Shown in pieces: positions 21,901 to 28,841 of a stretch of 64,000 nt of DNA (positions are counted from its first letter, which is position 1; every line of letters starts with the position of its first letter). A program made the position numbers and the translations under genes. Under the pieces are notes generated by a model. It was not told where the DNA came from. It worked only from the letters and a program-made list of their open reading frames with translations, and did no database searches. The stretch is taken from the IMG/VR virus record IMGVR_UViG_3300043447_000028, positions 17,157 to 81,156 of that record, one strand, 5' to 3'. The stretch is from a virus (taxonomy: Duplodnaviria; Heunggongvirae; Uroviricota; Caudoviricetes).

Positions 21901-22224
21901 ACTGTTCCTACTAAGTTTGCGAACTCTTCAACTTATCTCCGTGTTCGTATTGCTGCTAACATCCCTTCTGAGTCTAGCGTAGAGGTATATTACAAGACTT
22001 GCGTTGGCGACACTAAGCAACTGGCGACGACTAAATATACAAAGATGAATCCAGATTCTGCCATTGTTAAGGTAGAAAATGGTAATACTGCATTCTCAGA
22101 CATCGACTTCACTCTGAGTGGATTGACTCCGTTCGATGGATTAGTCGTTAAAATCGTTATGCTCTCTTCAAACAGTTGCGCTGTTCCAATTGTCAAAGAC
22201 TTGAGAATTATTGCTTGCCCGTAA
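15985..22224 (+). CDS. giant virion structural protein (2079 aa), probable baseplate/fibre-network or host-recognition component
   Basis: Uninterrupted 6240-nt ORF with RBS AAGAGTAAAAGA. Contains the APTHTSG...DG module (VTTAPTHTSGTAYDG) shared with the 858-aa protein. Ser/Thr/Gly/Val-rich beta composition typical of fibre/Ig-like arrays. Confidence 0.5.
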   Translation: MIDFNTEPYNDDYDENKKFYRILYRPSFAVQARELTQMQTILQNQISRHGDAIFKQGAMVIPGQASVETVTQPGKGADYVKLQSSYNGVAVQTFVSALKGMTIVGSSGVTAQVIVAQDAENTDPTTLYVRYTTTGSNNTTQTFSNSEVITTLDGTYSFQAAASDAVGKGSIATIQRGVYYVNNHFCLVEEQAIVLEKYTNDPSYRVGLTVTESIVTPEEDETLLDNAQNSYNFAAPGAHRYYIDLTLSKLAIDSTSDENFIELIRVVEGRIKTIVDTTAYSLLGDELARRTYDESGDYVVRDFAIDIREHRNNDRGVWVQNTAYLTGDIVTNDGNTYVAKLSGTSVTTAPTHTSGTAYDGPGSTGIKWEFNSKPAYNRGIYKDGSESKLAVGLEPGKAYVRGYEIQKDSTTYVEVDKARAYDQALNSIIQPTVGNYVLVTNVNNLPPIDTCEIISLRDQVTGSSTGTAAGAQVGTARVRFMEWHSGALYGATAVYKLGLFDIQMNSGKDFNRNVKSFFYNVSSADPNLSFSSDINPITTQLVGSVSASTTSLTGVGTSFQTDLVSGDYIVVDGTMIRVTGTPSSQNVVTITSSSFSGKAYSLATTQILEANNSSLVFSLPNYAIRSVRGAGTSGVNNTTYICYQKFTQTASGVTVNLSTSGTFASASGATNYIVVDNDATSGGAIINPVSIVPVGSTCTITVPAGQSGHSITVIAAIIRNGSGYEKTKTLTTVTETFTTADAAQAETLYLDKADVFRIVSIKMATDAFGTSPSSYTQDISDRYEFDNGQRSTHYDWGRLKLLPSFTAPSNPVQVIYEYFEHGVGDYFDINSYSNVDYNQVPAVLRDSLDFRPRVANKSAGSAKNFISTGGSITGIPKRGESVTSDYSYYLARKDKIALDFNGKFFDITGVASTNPGEPQDPALGMVLYTLEMEPYTFSTESIRTTKIENKRYTMRDIGKLETRINNLEYYTSLSLLEQETQSMKITTSGGLDRMKNGFVVDNFSGNNIGNSKSKDYYCAIDMEKNQLRPYYTSYNANLIEKNSNAGQRAASNYQLNGDIITLPIIDTPVLIKQDYASRLENINPFAIYTFLGNVEINPPSDDWFETARMPDIVQQVEGNYNTIKDLATRAGVIGDAGFGTVWGAWETEWMGTPYSTGTQSFSADRRSGDGGAALDAQFGLGPEAPGWAIRTVKVENFAQAVGQSRSGVKTTLAVKTDYETVADRTVSTAVIPYMRSRNILVQTKGLKPSTRFYAYFDDVDVNDYVVPSVKLVYTAGSGTFDISTNVGGSASETKRRINGDSQVCLNRGDVISNSLNTASGVVIGKYTDPDTGALTLELANVIGTFSNGQTFSGSVSGASGTVVSITTPTTLITNKNGDLNFLFTIPNTEAIHFRTGARELKLIDASTSTGQWTSRGRGIYRAEGVLETKQSTVNAVRNAELVKEVVGPNDDPAGRQTIYQGAGSRIVSDTGWYDPLAQSFLVEQKGGAFLTSVDIFFATKDDRIPVTLEIREMVNGTPGKNVLAFSRVSLKPEQVNLSSTVVSLDGTEYPTYDTPTKFTFTTPVYVQDNTEYCFVLQSDSNNYKCWISNVGDQIPGTSGRTISKQPYAGVLFKSQNASTWTADQNQDIKFTIYRAKFDTSVVGNISFVNDVVPFDNIENDPFQVVSGSTTVRVWHNDHGMYSGSRVTIKGVGSAVKGIPAAELNGDHVIANCDANCYTITTGTAATSSGYGGGSAVYATRNITYDLINPSIQMQTFSDTKSSFSILTSSGKSIDGSQTPYVQDTSYTPCLIKQNNTFGTPRVIASEINENVLMGGNKSVTFAAQISTTNDSVSPVIDTARTSLVAISNKINQPTESNTNVAALDVKSIITGSTAWSFTTTGFSSTNATIRGAMAAIGIGRYVTISGTATTAGNLGTFLVTGFTDDGTTATITLDSGYAGTAETALSTVTVSLREMFFDAITPEGNSALASYVTVPTKFANSSTYLRVRIAANIPSESSVEVYYKTCVGDTKQLATTKYTKMNPDSAIVKVENGNTAFSDIDFTLSGLTPFDGLVVKIVMLSSNSCAVPIVKDLRIIACP

Positions 22225-22451
22225 TGACTGATTTTTTGAAGGTTTTAGGACATAATGGCTTAGTTAGAGATACCTCTAGCGGAGCCATTATAAATACAAA
22301 CAGAACTGAGTATGATGAATATATGGCTCGTGTAAGGGAAGCTGAAGAGCGTGAAAACGCTATTTCTCAACATACGATTGAGATAAATAATATAAAGAAC
22401 GAATTGCAAGACATAAAATCGTTAATTCTTCAACTCTTGAACAAAGATTGA
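22224..22451 (+). CDS. small coiled-coil protein (possible fibre assembly/chaperone-like); start re-set to ATG overlapping the upstream stop
   Basis: The ORF track shows a 91-aa ORF from 22176; the in-frame ATG at 22224 overlaps the TAA of the giant gene (TAATG). C-terminal heptad-like region NNIKNELQDIKSLILQLL. Confidence 0.35.
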   Translation: MTDFLKVLGHNGLVRDTSSGAIINTNRTEYDEYMARVREAEERENAISQHTIEINNIKNELQDIKSLILQLLNKD

Positions 22452-22468
22452 ACTAAAGGAAATCAACA

Positions 22469-23623
22469 ATGGCATCAGTTAGCGCTGCAACAATCACGAC
22501 TCGTGCTGGTAAGGGTAGTCCCCTAACCAACGCTGAAGTCGATGCAAACTTTAATAACTTAAATACACAACTCCAATTAGCCCAAACCGCTGCTAGCTAC
22601 ACTGCTGCAGACGTTCTAGCTAAGTTGGTTACTGTCGACGGATCTGGCTCTGGATTAGATGCCGACTTACTAGACGGTATGAATTCTGCCACAGCGAATA
22701 CGGTAAGCACAATTGTTGCTCGTGACGCTTCTGGTAACTTCTCTGCTGGTACTATTACCGCTACAGCTTTCTCTGGTACATTTAATGGTGTAGCAGGCAT
22801 TACTTCTGGTACTATTACTGGTATTACTGATTTGGCTATCGCTGATGGTGGTACTGGTTCTTCTACTGCAGCTGGGGCACGTACTGCTCTTGGTCTAGCG
22901 ATCGGTACTGATGTACAAGCCTATGACGCTGAACTTGCTGCGTTGGCTGGTGTAACATCTGCTGCAGATGCTCTTCCATACTTTACTGGTTCTGGTACTG
23001 CTTCTACTACTACTCTATCTTCATACGGTCGTACATTGATCGACGACGCTGATGCTGCTACTGCTCGTGGTACATTAGGTGTTCGTATCGGTACAGACGT
23101 TCAAGCGTACTCTGCTGAATTGACTGGTACTGCTGGTCTTTCTACTACTGGTATTATCATCCGTACTGGCGCTGGCACTAAGACAACTAGATCCCTAGCA
23201 GCTGGTGGTGGTATTTCTATCTCTAACGCTGATGGTACTGCGGGCAACCCAACTATTTCTGCTAACGTAACATCTGTTCAAGGTAACACTGGTGCTGTTA
23301 CAGTTTCTGTTCCAGTCACATCTGTTCAGGGTAGTACTGGTGCTGTTTCTGTTACCAACGTAACATATGCTGGTTTCGCTGGTTCTGCAGGTTATGCATC
23401 TTCTGCTGGTGGTGGTTGGCCAGGACACTTATCGCAGTTCGCTAACAACTTAGGTAACTACGGTTTCTTCGTTGATGGTGGTGGTGGTCGTGTTACTGGT
23501 AACTGTTACGGTAATGCATCACGTGGTGTTTACGGACAAGATACATCTTGGTATGATAACATCCGTCAAGGCACGAACATGGTAATGCGTCAACATAACT
23601 GCAATTGCGTTTGCAATTGCTAA
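22469..23623 (+). CDS. tail fibre protein with Phage_fiber-type repeats and a Cys-rich C-terminal tail
   Basis: 384 aa. Repeated [19 protein letters not shown] / [21 protein letters not shown] units. Tandem VTSVQG(N/S)TGAV repeats. The extreme C-terminus is HNCNCVCNC. Confidence 0.55.
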   Translation: MASVSAATITTRAGKGSPLTNAEVDANFNNLNTQLQLAQTAASYTAADVLAKLVTVDGSGSGLDADLLDGMNSATANTVSTIVARDASGNFSAGTITATAFSGTFNGVAGITSGTITGITDLAIADGGTGSSTAAGARTALGLAIGTDVQAYDAELAALAGVTSAADALPYFTGSGTASTTTLSSYGRTLIDDADAATARGTLGVRIGTDVQAYSAELTGTAGLSTTGIIIRTGAGTKTTRSLAAGGGISISNADGTAGNPTISANVTSVQGNTGAVTVSVPVTSVQGSTGAVSVTNVTYAGFAGSAGYASSAGGGWPGHLSQFANNLGNYGFFVDGGGGRVTGNCYGNASRGVYGQDTSWYDNIRQGTNMVMRQHNCNCVCNC

Positions 23624-23636
23624 TTAGGGAACTATA

Positions 23637-24425
23637 ATGAAAATAGTAAAAACTATTATTAATAACCCATATTGGGGTTATGGGATTCACCACGAGGAAC
23701 CTTACATCCAACCTCATCTGTATATCGATATTCAATCAGAAAATCTGGAGATTAAGCTATATACACCTGCGACTGAAAATGTGCCAATGATTGTGCATTT
23801 GTGGCAAAAGCTGGCGTTGAGTACACTAAAGTCAATTCCAGGTTTTGTAGATCAAACTCTTTGGACTTCTTTAGAAAAAACTCCAATACCAGAAATAGAT
23901 GGTGAACAATCTTTCTACGAATTAAAGAATTCTGATTTAGTCGACATTTTGGGCAGAACCCTTGTTACTAAAAATGTAGGAAACGGGAATAATTCTGGAT
24001 TCAACAGAACACCATATGTATTGTATGTCGGTGATAGTTCTGGTGATTTTAATGACTTTACTATGGTTCTAAAGTTAAATGACCCAGAAGAATTTATTTT
24101 TGAAGGTCCATCAGCTTCTTCTATCACATCAGAAACTGTTGCATTTGCGAGCGATTTACTACCTAGCATTTCACTAACATCATCTCAAAATAGTGTCGGC
24201 GTAGATTCTAGTATAACAGTAGATGTTACTAGTGACCCTTCTGTTAAAGAAGTTTATCTAGAACAGGTATATGGAGTTTTGAATAAAACTCGTGTTCCTT
24301 TGACTAATGGTGTTGGTTCTTTCGTTATTTTAACTACTGGTCTTTCTGTTGGAGATATGGTTAGAGTTAAAGCTGGTCATAGAAAATATACTGGTATCAC
24401 AGATTTTAACATCACAGTATCTTAA
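23637..24425 (+). CDS. hypothetical protein, C-terminal beta-sandwich-like region
   Basis: 262-aa ORF immediately after the fibre gene. No motif recognised. Followed by a hairpin terminator. Confidence 0.35.
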   Translation: MKIVKTIINNPYWGYGIHHEEPYIQPHLYIDIQSENLEIKLYTPATENVPMIVHLWQKLALSTLKSIPGFVDQTLWTSLEKTPIPEIDGEQSFYELKNSDLVDILGRTLVTKNVGNGNNSGFNRTPYVLYVGDSSGDFNDFTMVLKLNDPEEFIFEGPSASSITSETVAFASDLLPSISLTSSQNSVGVDSSITVDVTSDPSVKEVYLEQVYGVLNKTRVPLTNGVGSFVILTTGLSVGDMVRVKAGHRKYTGITDFNITVS

Positions 24426-24446
24426 TTTTAATATGGATAAGTATGT

Positions 24447-24477
24447 TCTGGGGTCTAAGACCCCAGACTTCATTTTG
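24447..24477 (+). terminator. rho-independent terminator-like hairpin
   Basis: TCTGGGGTC-TAA-GACCCCAGA is a perfect 9-bp stem followed by CTTCATTTTG. It shares the CTGGGGT/ACCCCAG core with the hairpin at 31003. Confidence 0.45.
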
Positions 24478-24488
24478 AAAGGTATATA

Positions 24489-25865
24489 ATGGCAAACTTC
24501 ACACTAACTGTTTTACATCCAATAACACAAGATCGTAAAAAAGTTTTATACAATTCTTCTAATAGTACATTGGTGTGGGAAGATGGAACTCCAATAGTAA
24601 ACACTAAAGTAGATACATCGGAAAAACCACAATCAAAAATCCAACGTGGTAAAAAACCAAAGGTTGTTAAAATTCAGCTAGGGTTATCTTGTAATTTTGA
24701 GTGTGATTACTGTAACCAAAGATTCGTACCACACGCTGATTCTACTAATCCAGATGACATAGATCCATTTGTAAATAACATGTCACAGTGGTTTGATGGA
24801 GGTGATGATGGGTTGGGATCTAATAGATCTTTTGAGTTCTGGGGTGGAGAGCCTCTAGTGTATTGGAAAACTCTAAAACCACTAGCAGAAAAAATTCACA
24901 CTAAGTATCCACACGCTGAACTATCTGTGATTACAAACGGAAGCCTACTTGATAAAGAAAAGGTTGATTGGTTTGATTTATTAAATTTCAGCGTATCAGT
25001 TTCACATGATGGACCAGGACAATATGTTCGTGGACCAGATCCACTACAAGATGAAGTTTCCAAAGAAGGTATAATCTATGCTTATAGGAAGCTAGCAACT
25101 CGTGGTAAGATGTCATTCAACTCTATGGTGAATAATAAAAATACCAGTAGAGGTGCTATTGAACAGTTCTTCGTGGATTTTGTTGAAAAGAATATCGGTT
25201 CTCAATATCTACAATATTTGTATATCGGTGAGGGCACTTTTATCGATGCATATGATGAGGGTGGTCTAGGTAATTCTTTAATGGAAGATGATGCTCACAT
25301 AAAATTTAGAGCTGATACGTTCACTGAGTTGCGTAGTTCTAAAGTTAGTAGATTCATAACCATTCACGATAAAGTCGCTAACTTTATCAATGCGTTAGAA
25401 AATGGCAAGAGATCTGAGACTATCTCCCAGAAATGTGGGATGGATTTACAAGAAAACATGGCTATTGATTTAATGGGTAATGTTCTAACTTGCCAGAATG
25501 TTTCTACAGTATCCACTAACCCTTCTGGCATCTCTCACCATATCGGGCATGTGTCAGATTTAGAAAATGTGGAAGTTGCAACTGGAACTCACTGGAGTGA
25601 TCGTAAAGAATGCCCGAACTGTCCAGTATTACATATTTGCAAGGGAGCATGCTTTTTCCTAACTGGTCCACTATGGGAAGCCACTTGCGACAATTCATAT
25701 AGCGATAACATCGTTATGTTCTCTGCAGCCATCGAGATGCTAACAGGGCATATCCCGATTTATATCGATGGACCTCTAAGGGAAGATCGAAAGGATATTT
25801 TCTGGGCTATTAATGGTAAGCCAGAAAAGTCTAGTAAAAAGATTATACCGATCGTTTCCGTATGA
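24489..25865 (+). CDS. radical SAM enzyme with C-terminal SPASM domain (anSME/PqqE/sactisynthase-like maturase)
   Basis: 458 aa. CNFECDYC (Cx3Cx2C) at aa 68-75. FWGGEPL glycine-rich SAM motif. ITNGSLL. C-terminal ECPNCPVLHICKGAC is Cx2Cx5Cx3C, the SPASM hallmark, with further upstream Cys at CGMDL / LTCQN. Confidence 0.8.
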   Translation: MANFTLTVLHPITQDRKKVLYNSSNSTLVWEDGTPIVNTKVDTSEKPQSKIQRGKKPKVVKIQLGLSCNFECDYCNQRFVPHADSTNPDDIDPFVNNMSQWFDGGDDGLGSNRSFEFWGGEPLVYWKTLKPLAEKIHTKYPHAELSVITNGSLLDKEKVDWFDLLNFSVSVSHDGPGQYVRGPDPLQDEVSKEGIIYAYRKLATRGKMSFNSMVNNKNTSRGAIEQFFVDFVEKNIGSQYLQYLYIGEGTFIDAYDEGGLGNSLMEDDAHIKFRADTFTELRSSKVSRFITIHDKVANFINALENGKRSETISQKCGMDLQENMAIDLMGNVLTCQNVSTVSTNPSGISHHIGHVSDLENVEVATGTHWSDRKECPNCPVLHICKGACFFLTGPLWEATCDNSYSDNIVMFSAAIEMLTGHIPIYIDGPLREDRKDIFWAINGKPEKSSKKIIPIVSV

Positions 25866-26161
25866 GTTCATTTATTAAAGACTGGTTGATAGAGATCAAC
25901 CAATACCCTAGATCTGAGAGTGGGGATACTTTTTCTATTAAAGACTATTTTTACTATGATTCTAATGTCCAAGAATATGGATACAGAGACATAGTAATAC
26001 CCTTATCTACTGTCCTAAATAAAGAAGAAGTCCCAGATAAAGAGACCATACAGATTCTTATAAATAGTAAAATACCTATCATCAGAAGAGTGATAGACCT
26101 AAATAAACAAGAGGAAAGTTGGATTTTCGACACCAACGTATTAAAGGAAATTAAGAAATGA
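25862..26161 (+). CDS. small Tyr/acid-rich protein, translationally coupled to the rSAM-SPASM gene (candidate substrate or RRE-like partner)
   Basis: 99 aa with ATGA overlap at both ends (25862-25865 and 26158-26161). Contains no Cys. Aromatic/acidic cluster DYFYYDSNVQEYGYRD. Confidence 0.45.
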   Translation: MSSFIKDWLIEINQYPRSESGDTFSIKDYFYYDSNVQEYGYRDIVIPLSTVLNKEEVPDKETIQILINSKIPIIRRVIDLNKQEESWIFDTNVLKEIKK

Positions 26162-27102
26162 CTAAACATGTAAAATGGGTTATCGCCCACGAGCCAATCG
26201 GTTTGTTTTTGAAAGTCGCAGAACGATTCGCTAAAGAAGTGAATGAGAAAACTGATGGTGCGTTTGACATCGAGGTTCTTTCTCTTTCTGATTACTCTAC
26301 AAAGTATAATGGCGGTAAAGCTATCACCAAGCACGATCTATTGAACTTGATCGATACTGGCGTTATTGAGATGAGCCACATCTACTCTAACTGGTTGGGC
26401 GATTACAATAAAGACTTGCACGCATTAGACCTACCATTCTTGTTCTCTGACCACGACCACGTTGATCGTGTTCTAGAAGGTGAAATTGGTAAAGAACTAT
26501 TGGCTGGTGTTGCTGCTAAGAGCAACGTACAGGGTCTAGCATTTACATACTCTGGTGGTTACAAGATCGTTCCAGCTAAGAAGGCTATTACTAAAGTTGA
26601 AGACTTCCAAGGTTTGGATATCCGTACTAGCAAGAGCCCAGTATGTATGGAGATTTTCTCTACATTAGGTGCAACTCCAAATCAATCTATTGATATCGAA
26701 CACTTGACTGAAGCTGGTAAAGCTGGTCTAGTTGATGGTGGTGAATCTACATACGTTCGTGTGTTCCCATTGAATCAGACTGAAGCGTTTGGTTACATCA
26801 ATGAAACTAACCACAACCTATTGTTGACAAGCATTATCGTTAACAAAGAATGGATGTCTCAGTTTGATGAAGAAACTCAACAAATTCTATCTGATGCAGC
26901 ATTCGTTGCAGCACGTCAAGAACGTCGTGAGTCTGTTGCTGATGTTCCAGGGATCATCGCTGAGTTCCAATCAAAGGGTGTTGAATTGGTAACTATGTCT
27001 GCTGAAGAAAAAGCTAAATTTGTTGATGCTACTTCTAAGGTATACGATAAGTTTGCCGACTACTTCACTCCAGGTCTAGTTCAGAAAATTCAACTACACT
27101 AA
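26158..27102 (+). CDS. TRAP-transporter solute-binding protein (DctP/SiaP family) homolog lacking a signal peptide
   Basis: 314 aa. AERFAKEVNEKTDGAFDIEVLSLSDYS, LDLPFLFSDHDHVDRVLEGEIGKELL, GLDIRTSKSPVCMEIFSTLGATP and LVDGGESTY align block-by-block with DctP/SiaP motifs (AEMFAKEVKEKSQGKIEI.., FALPYV.., GLKLRVPN.., AVDGQENP). N-terminus MTKHVKWVIAHEP has no hydrophobic leader. Confidence 0.7.
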   Translation: MTKHVKWVIAHEPIGLFLKVAERFAKEVNEKTDGAFDIEVLSLSDYSTKYNGGKAITKHDLLNLIDTGVIEMSHIYSNWLGDYNKDLHALDLPFLFSDHDHVDRVLEGEIGKELLAGVAAKSNVQGLAFTYSGGYKIVPAKKAITKVEDFQGLDIRTSKSPVCMEIFSTLGATPNQSIDIEHLTEAGKAGLVDGGESTYVRVFPLNQTEAFGYINETNHNLLLTSIIVNKEWMSQFDEETQQILSDAAFVAARQERRESVADVPGIIAEFQSKGVELVTMSAEEKAKFVDATSKVYDKFADYFTPGLVQKIQLH

Positions 27103-27120
27103 TTTGAAGTGATAAATACA

Positions 27121-27147
27121 AGGGAGCTTCGGCTCCCTTTTCATTTA
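27121..27147 (+). terminator. rho-independent terminator
   Basis: AGGGAGC-UUCG-GCUCCCU, a 7-bp GC-rich stem with UUCG tetraloop, followed by UUUUCAUUU. Confidence 0.6.
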
Positions 27148-27157
27148 TAAGGATATT

Positions 27158-28189
27158 ATGTCAATTTTATATTATAACCCGCATGCAGTTTCTAAAATAC
27201 TGAACAACGATAGACAAGTGTTAGAGAACACTCCATTTATAGTCGGCAGAAGAGAAACTTTCGAACAATATGAAAAATTTGGTCTAAACAAATACAATGC
27301 TGTTTATGATAGGACTGGGAATCTACCCCACTTTCTAGATATGAAACACGGCGAACATCCAATACCACTGTATGACGCTGATTACAATAGATCTTTTTAT
27401 GATATATCTGTAGAGAGAGCCAAACAACTACTATCTTTAGATCAGCCGATTAATGTTTTGTGGTCTGGTGGTATTGATAGCACTTATATTTTATTCATGT
27501 TACATGAGTTAGCCAATGATAAAGATCAGATAAGAGTCCTTGGTACATACAACTCTGTTATAGAATCTGGTGATGTATTCGACACTAAGATTAAAAATAC
27601 ATTTAGACACAATATAAGAGTCTCTTCTAGAAACGACAACAGTTTTGTCGGAGAAGGGATCTTTGTTAGTGGTATGTGTGGTAATCAGCTATTCGGTCCA
27701 ACTGATGATATGTTCGCAACTGGTGGTACTGCGATGTTTCACCACACTCTTGGAACTCCAGAAACAATATACGAACCATATCAGGGTAATGTTAGAGAAG
27801 ATTTATTAGAATTTTTACACCCAATCATTAGCACTAGCTCTAAGAAAATTGAAACCATTGCTGATCTTAGATGGTATTGTATCTTTAACCTAGACTGGTA
27901 CACTGCAATCTACGAACACAAGATAATGCAACCACCAGAAATAATGAGCAGAATCCATGGGTTCTTCGATCATGTAGATTTTCAAACTTGGGCAGTTAAC
28001 ACCAAGGAGCCATTCACTAAGATTAGAGGGAATTCTAATACACATAGATGGCAGATGAGACAGGTTCTTTCAGAGTCTTTCGGGCTAAATCACTACGCTG
28101 AAAATAAACCTAAAAAGATCTCCACTTTCTGTGTACATAACCCAGAGTGGATCTTCCTGCTGGATAATTACCAGAACATCTACTTGTAA
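27158..28189 (+). CDS. PP-loop (N-type) ATP pyrophosphatase superfamily protein
   Basis: 343 aa. VLWSGGIDSTYILFML is the SGGxDS PP-loop, located about 100 aa from the N-terminus. No glutaminase domain. Family membership beyond PP-loop not resolved. Confidence 0.55.
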   Translation: MSILYYNPHAVSKILNNDRQVLENTPFIVGRRETFEQYEKFGLNKYNAVYDRTGNLPHFLDMKHGEHPIPLYDADYNRSFYDISVERAKQLLSLDQPINVLWSGGIDSTYILFMLHELANDKDQIRVLGTYNSVIESGDVFDTKIKNTFRHNIRVSSRNDNSFVGEGIFVSGMCGNQLFGPTDDMFATGGTAMFHHTLGTPETIYEPYQGNVREDLLEFLHPIISTSSKKIETIADLRWYCIFNLDWYTAIYEHKIMQPPEIMSRIHGFFDHVDFQTWAVNTKEPFTKIRGNSNTHRWQMRQVLSESFGLNHYAENKPKKISTFCVHNPEWIFLLDNYQNIYL

Positions 28190-28244
28190 TTACAAATCTC
28201 CTCGTTTATAAATAAGATGATAAGAATCATTTTAGGATTGAACG

Positions 28245-28580
28245 ATGGCGACAATTAGTAATCTTTTCGTAGATGCAGGGGCAAATTATAGCAATATCAT
28301 CACCGTTGCGGCTACAAACGGACAAGCACTAAATCTAACAGGTTATACGGTTAAATCTCAGATGAGAAAATCGTATAGCTCTTCTGTAGCCTACAACTTT
28401 ACCGCATCCGTCTACGACGCAGCTGGTGGTAAAGTTCGTCTCCAACTCGATTCCGACCAGTCTTCAGCAATTCCTGCTGGACGCTGGCTATACGACGTAG
28501 AAATCACATCGCAATCTGGTACAAAAACTAGAGTTGTCGAGGGTATCGTAACAGTTAACCCACAAATAACGCAGATTTAA
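28245..28580 (+). CDS. hypothetical small beta-sandwich (Ig-like) protein
   Basis: 111-aa ORF. Composition and pattern (..RLQLDSDQSSAIPAGRWLYDVEI..) resemble small phage Ig-like structural proteins. Weak. Confidence 0.3.
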   Translation: MATISNLFVDAGANYSNIITVAATNGQALNLTGYTVKSQMRKSYSSSVAYNFTASVYDAAGGKVRLQLDSDQSSAIPAGRWLYDVEITSQSGTKTRVVEGIVTVNPQITQI

Positions 28581-28581
28581 T

Positions 28582-28827
28582 ATGGCAGATACAATCGCTA
28601 TTGTACAACCCGATGAAGCACTTCAGGTAGCAGTCTCTGAGGGTGTTCTTACACTTTCTTCATCAAATGTGGCTAACCCTTCTGTAGTTGAATCAATGTC
28701 TAATATTGCAGACGTTGATACCACAGTTAAGGCTAATGGGTCTATTTTGGTATACAAAACAATAACAAACAAGTGGACATCCACAACCACCTTAGATGCA
28801 CAGAACATGGAAGGTGGAGAATTTTAA
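28582..28827 (+). CDS. hypothetical protein
   Basis: 81-aa ORF, start 2 nt after the upstream stop. Confidence 0.3.
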   Translation: MADTIAIVQPDEALQVAVSEGVLTLSSSNVANPSVVESMSNIADVDTTVKANGSILVYKTITNKWTSTTTLDAQNMEGGEF

Positions 28828-28841
28828 TGGAGAAATAAAAG

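Noticed and set aside
24489-28189. Interpretation of the rSAM + PP-loop pair as QueE/QueC 7-deazaguanine DNA-modification genes
   Set aside because: The rSAM has a full SPASM domain and is 458 aa (QueE is ~210-250 aa without SPASM). The PP-loop protein carries its SGGxDS motif ~100 aa from the N-terminus and is 343 aa, unlike QueC. No FolE, QueD or DpdA candidates are present in the window.
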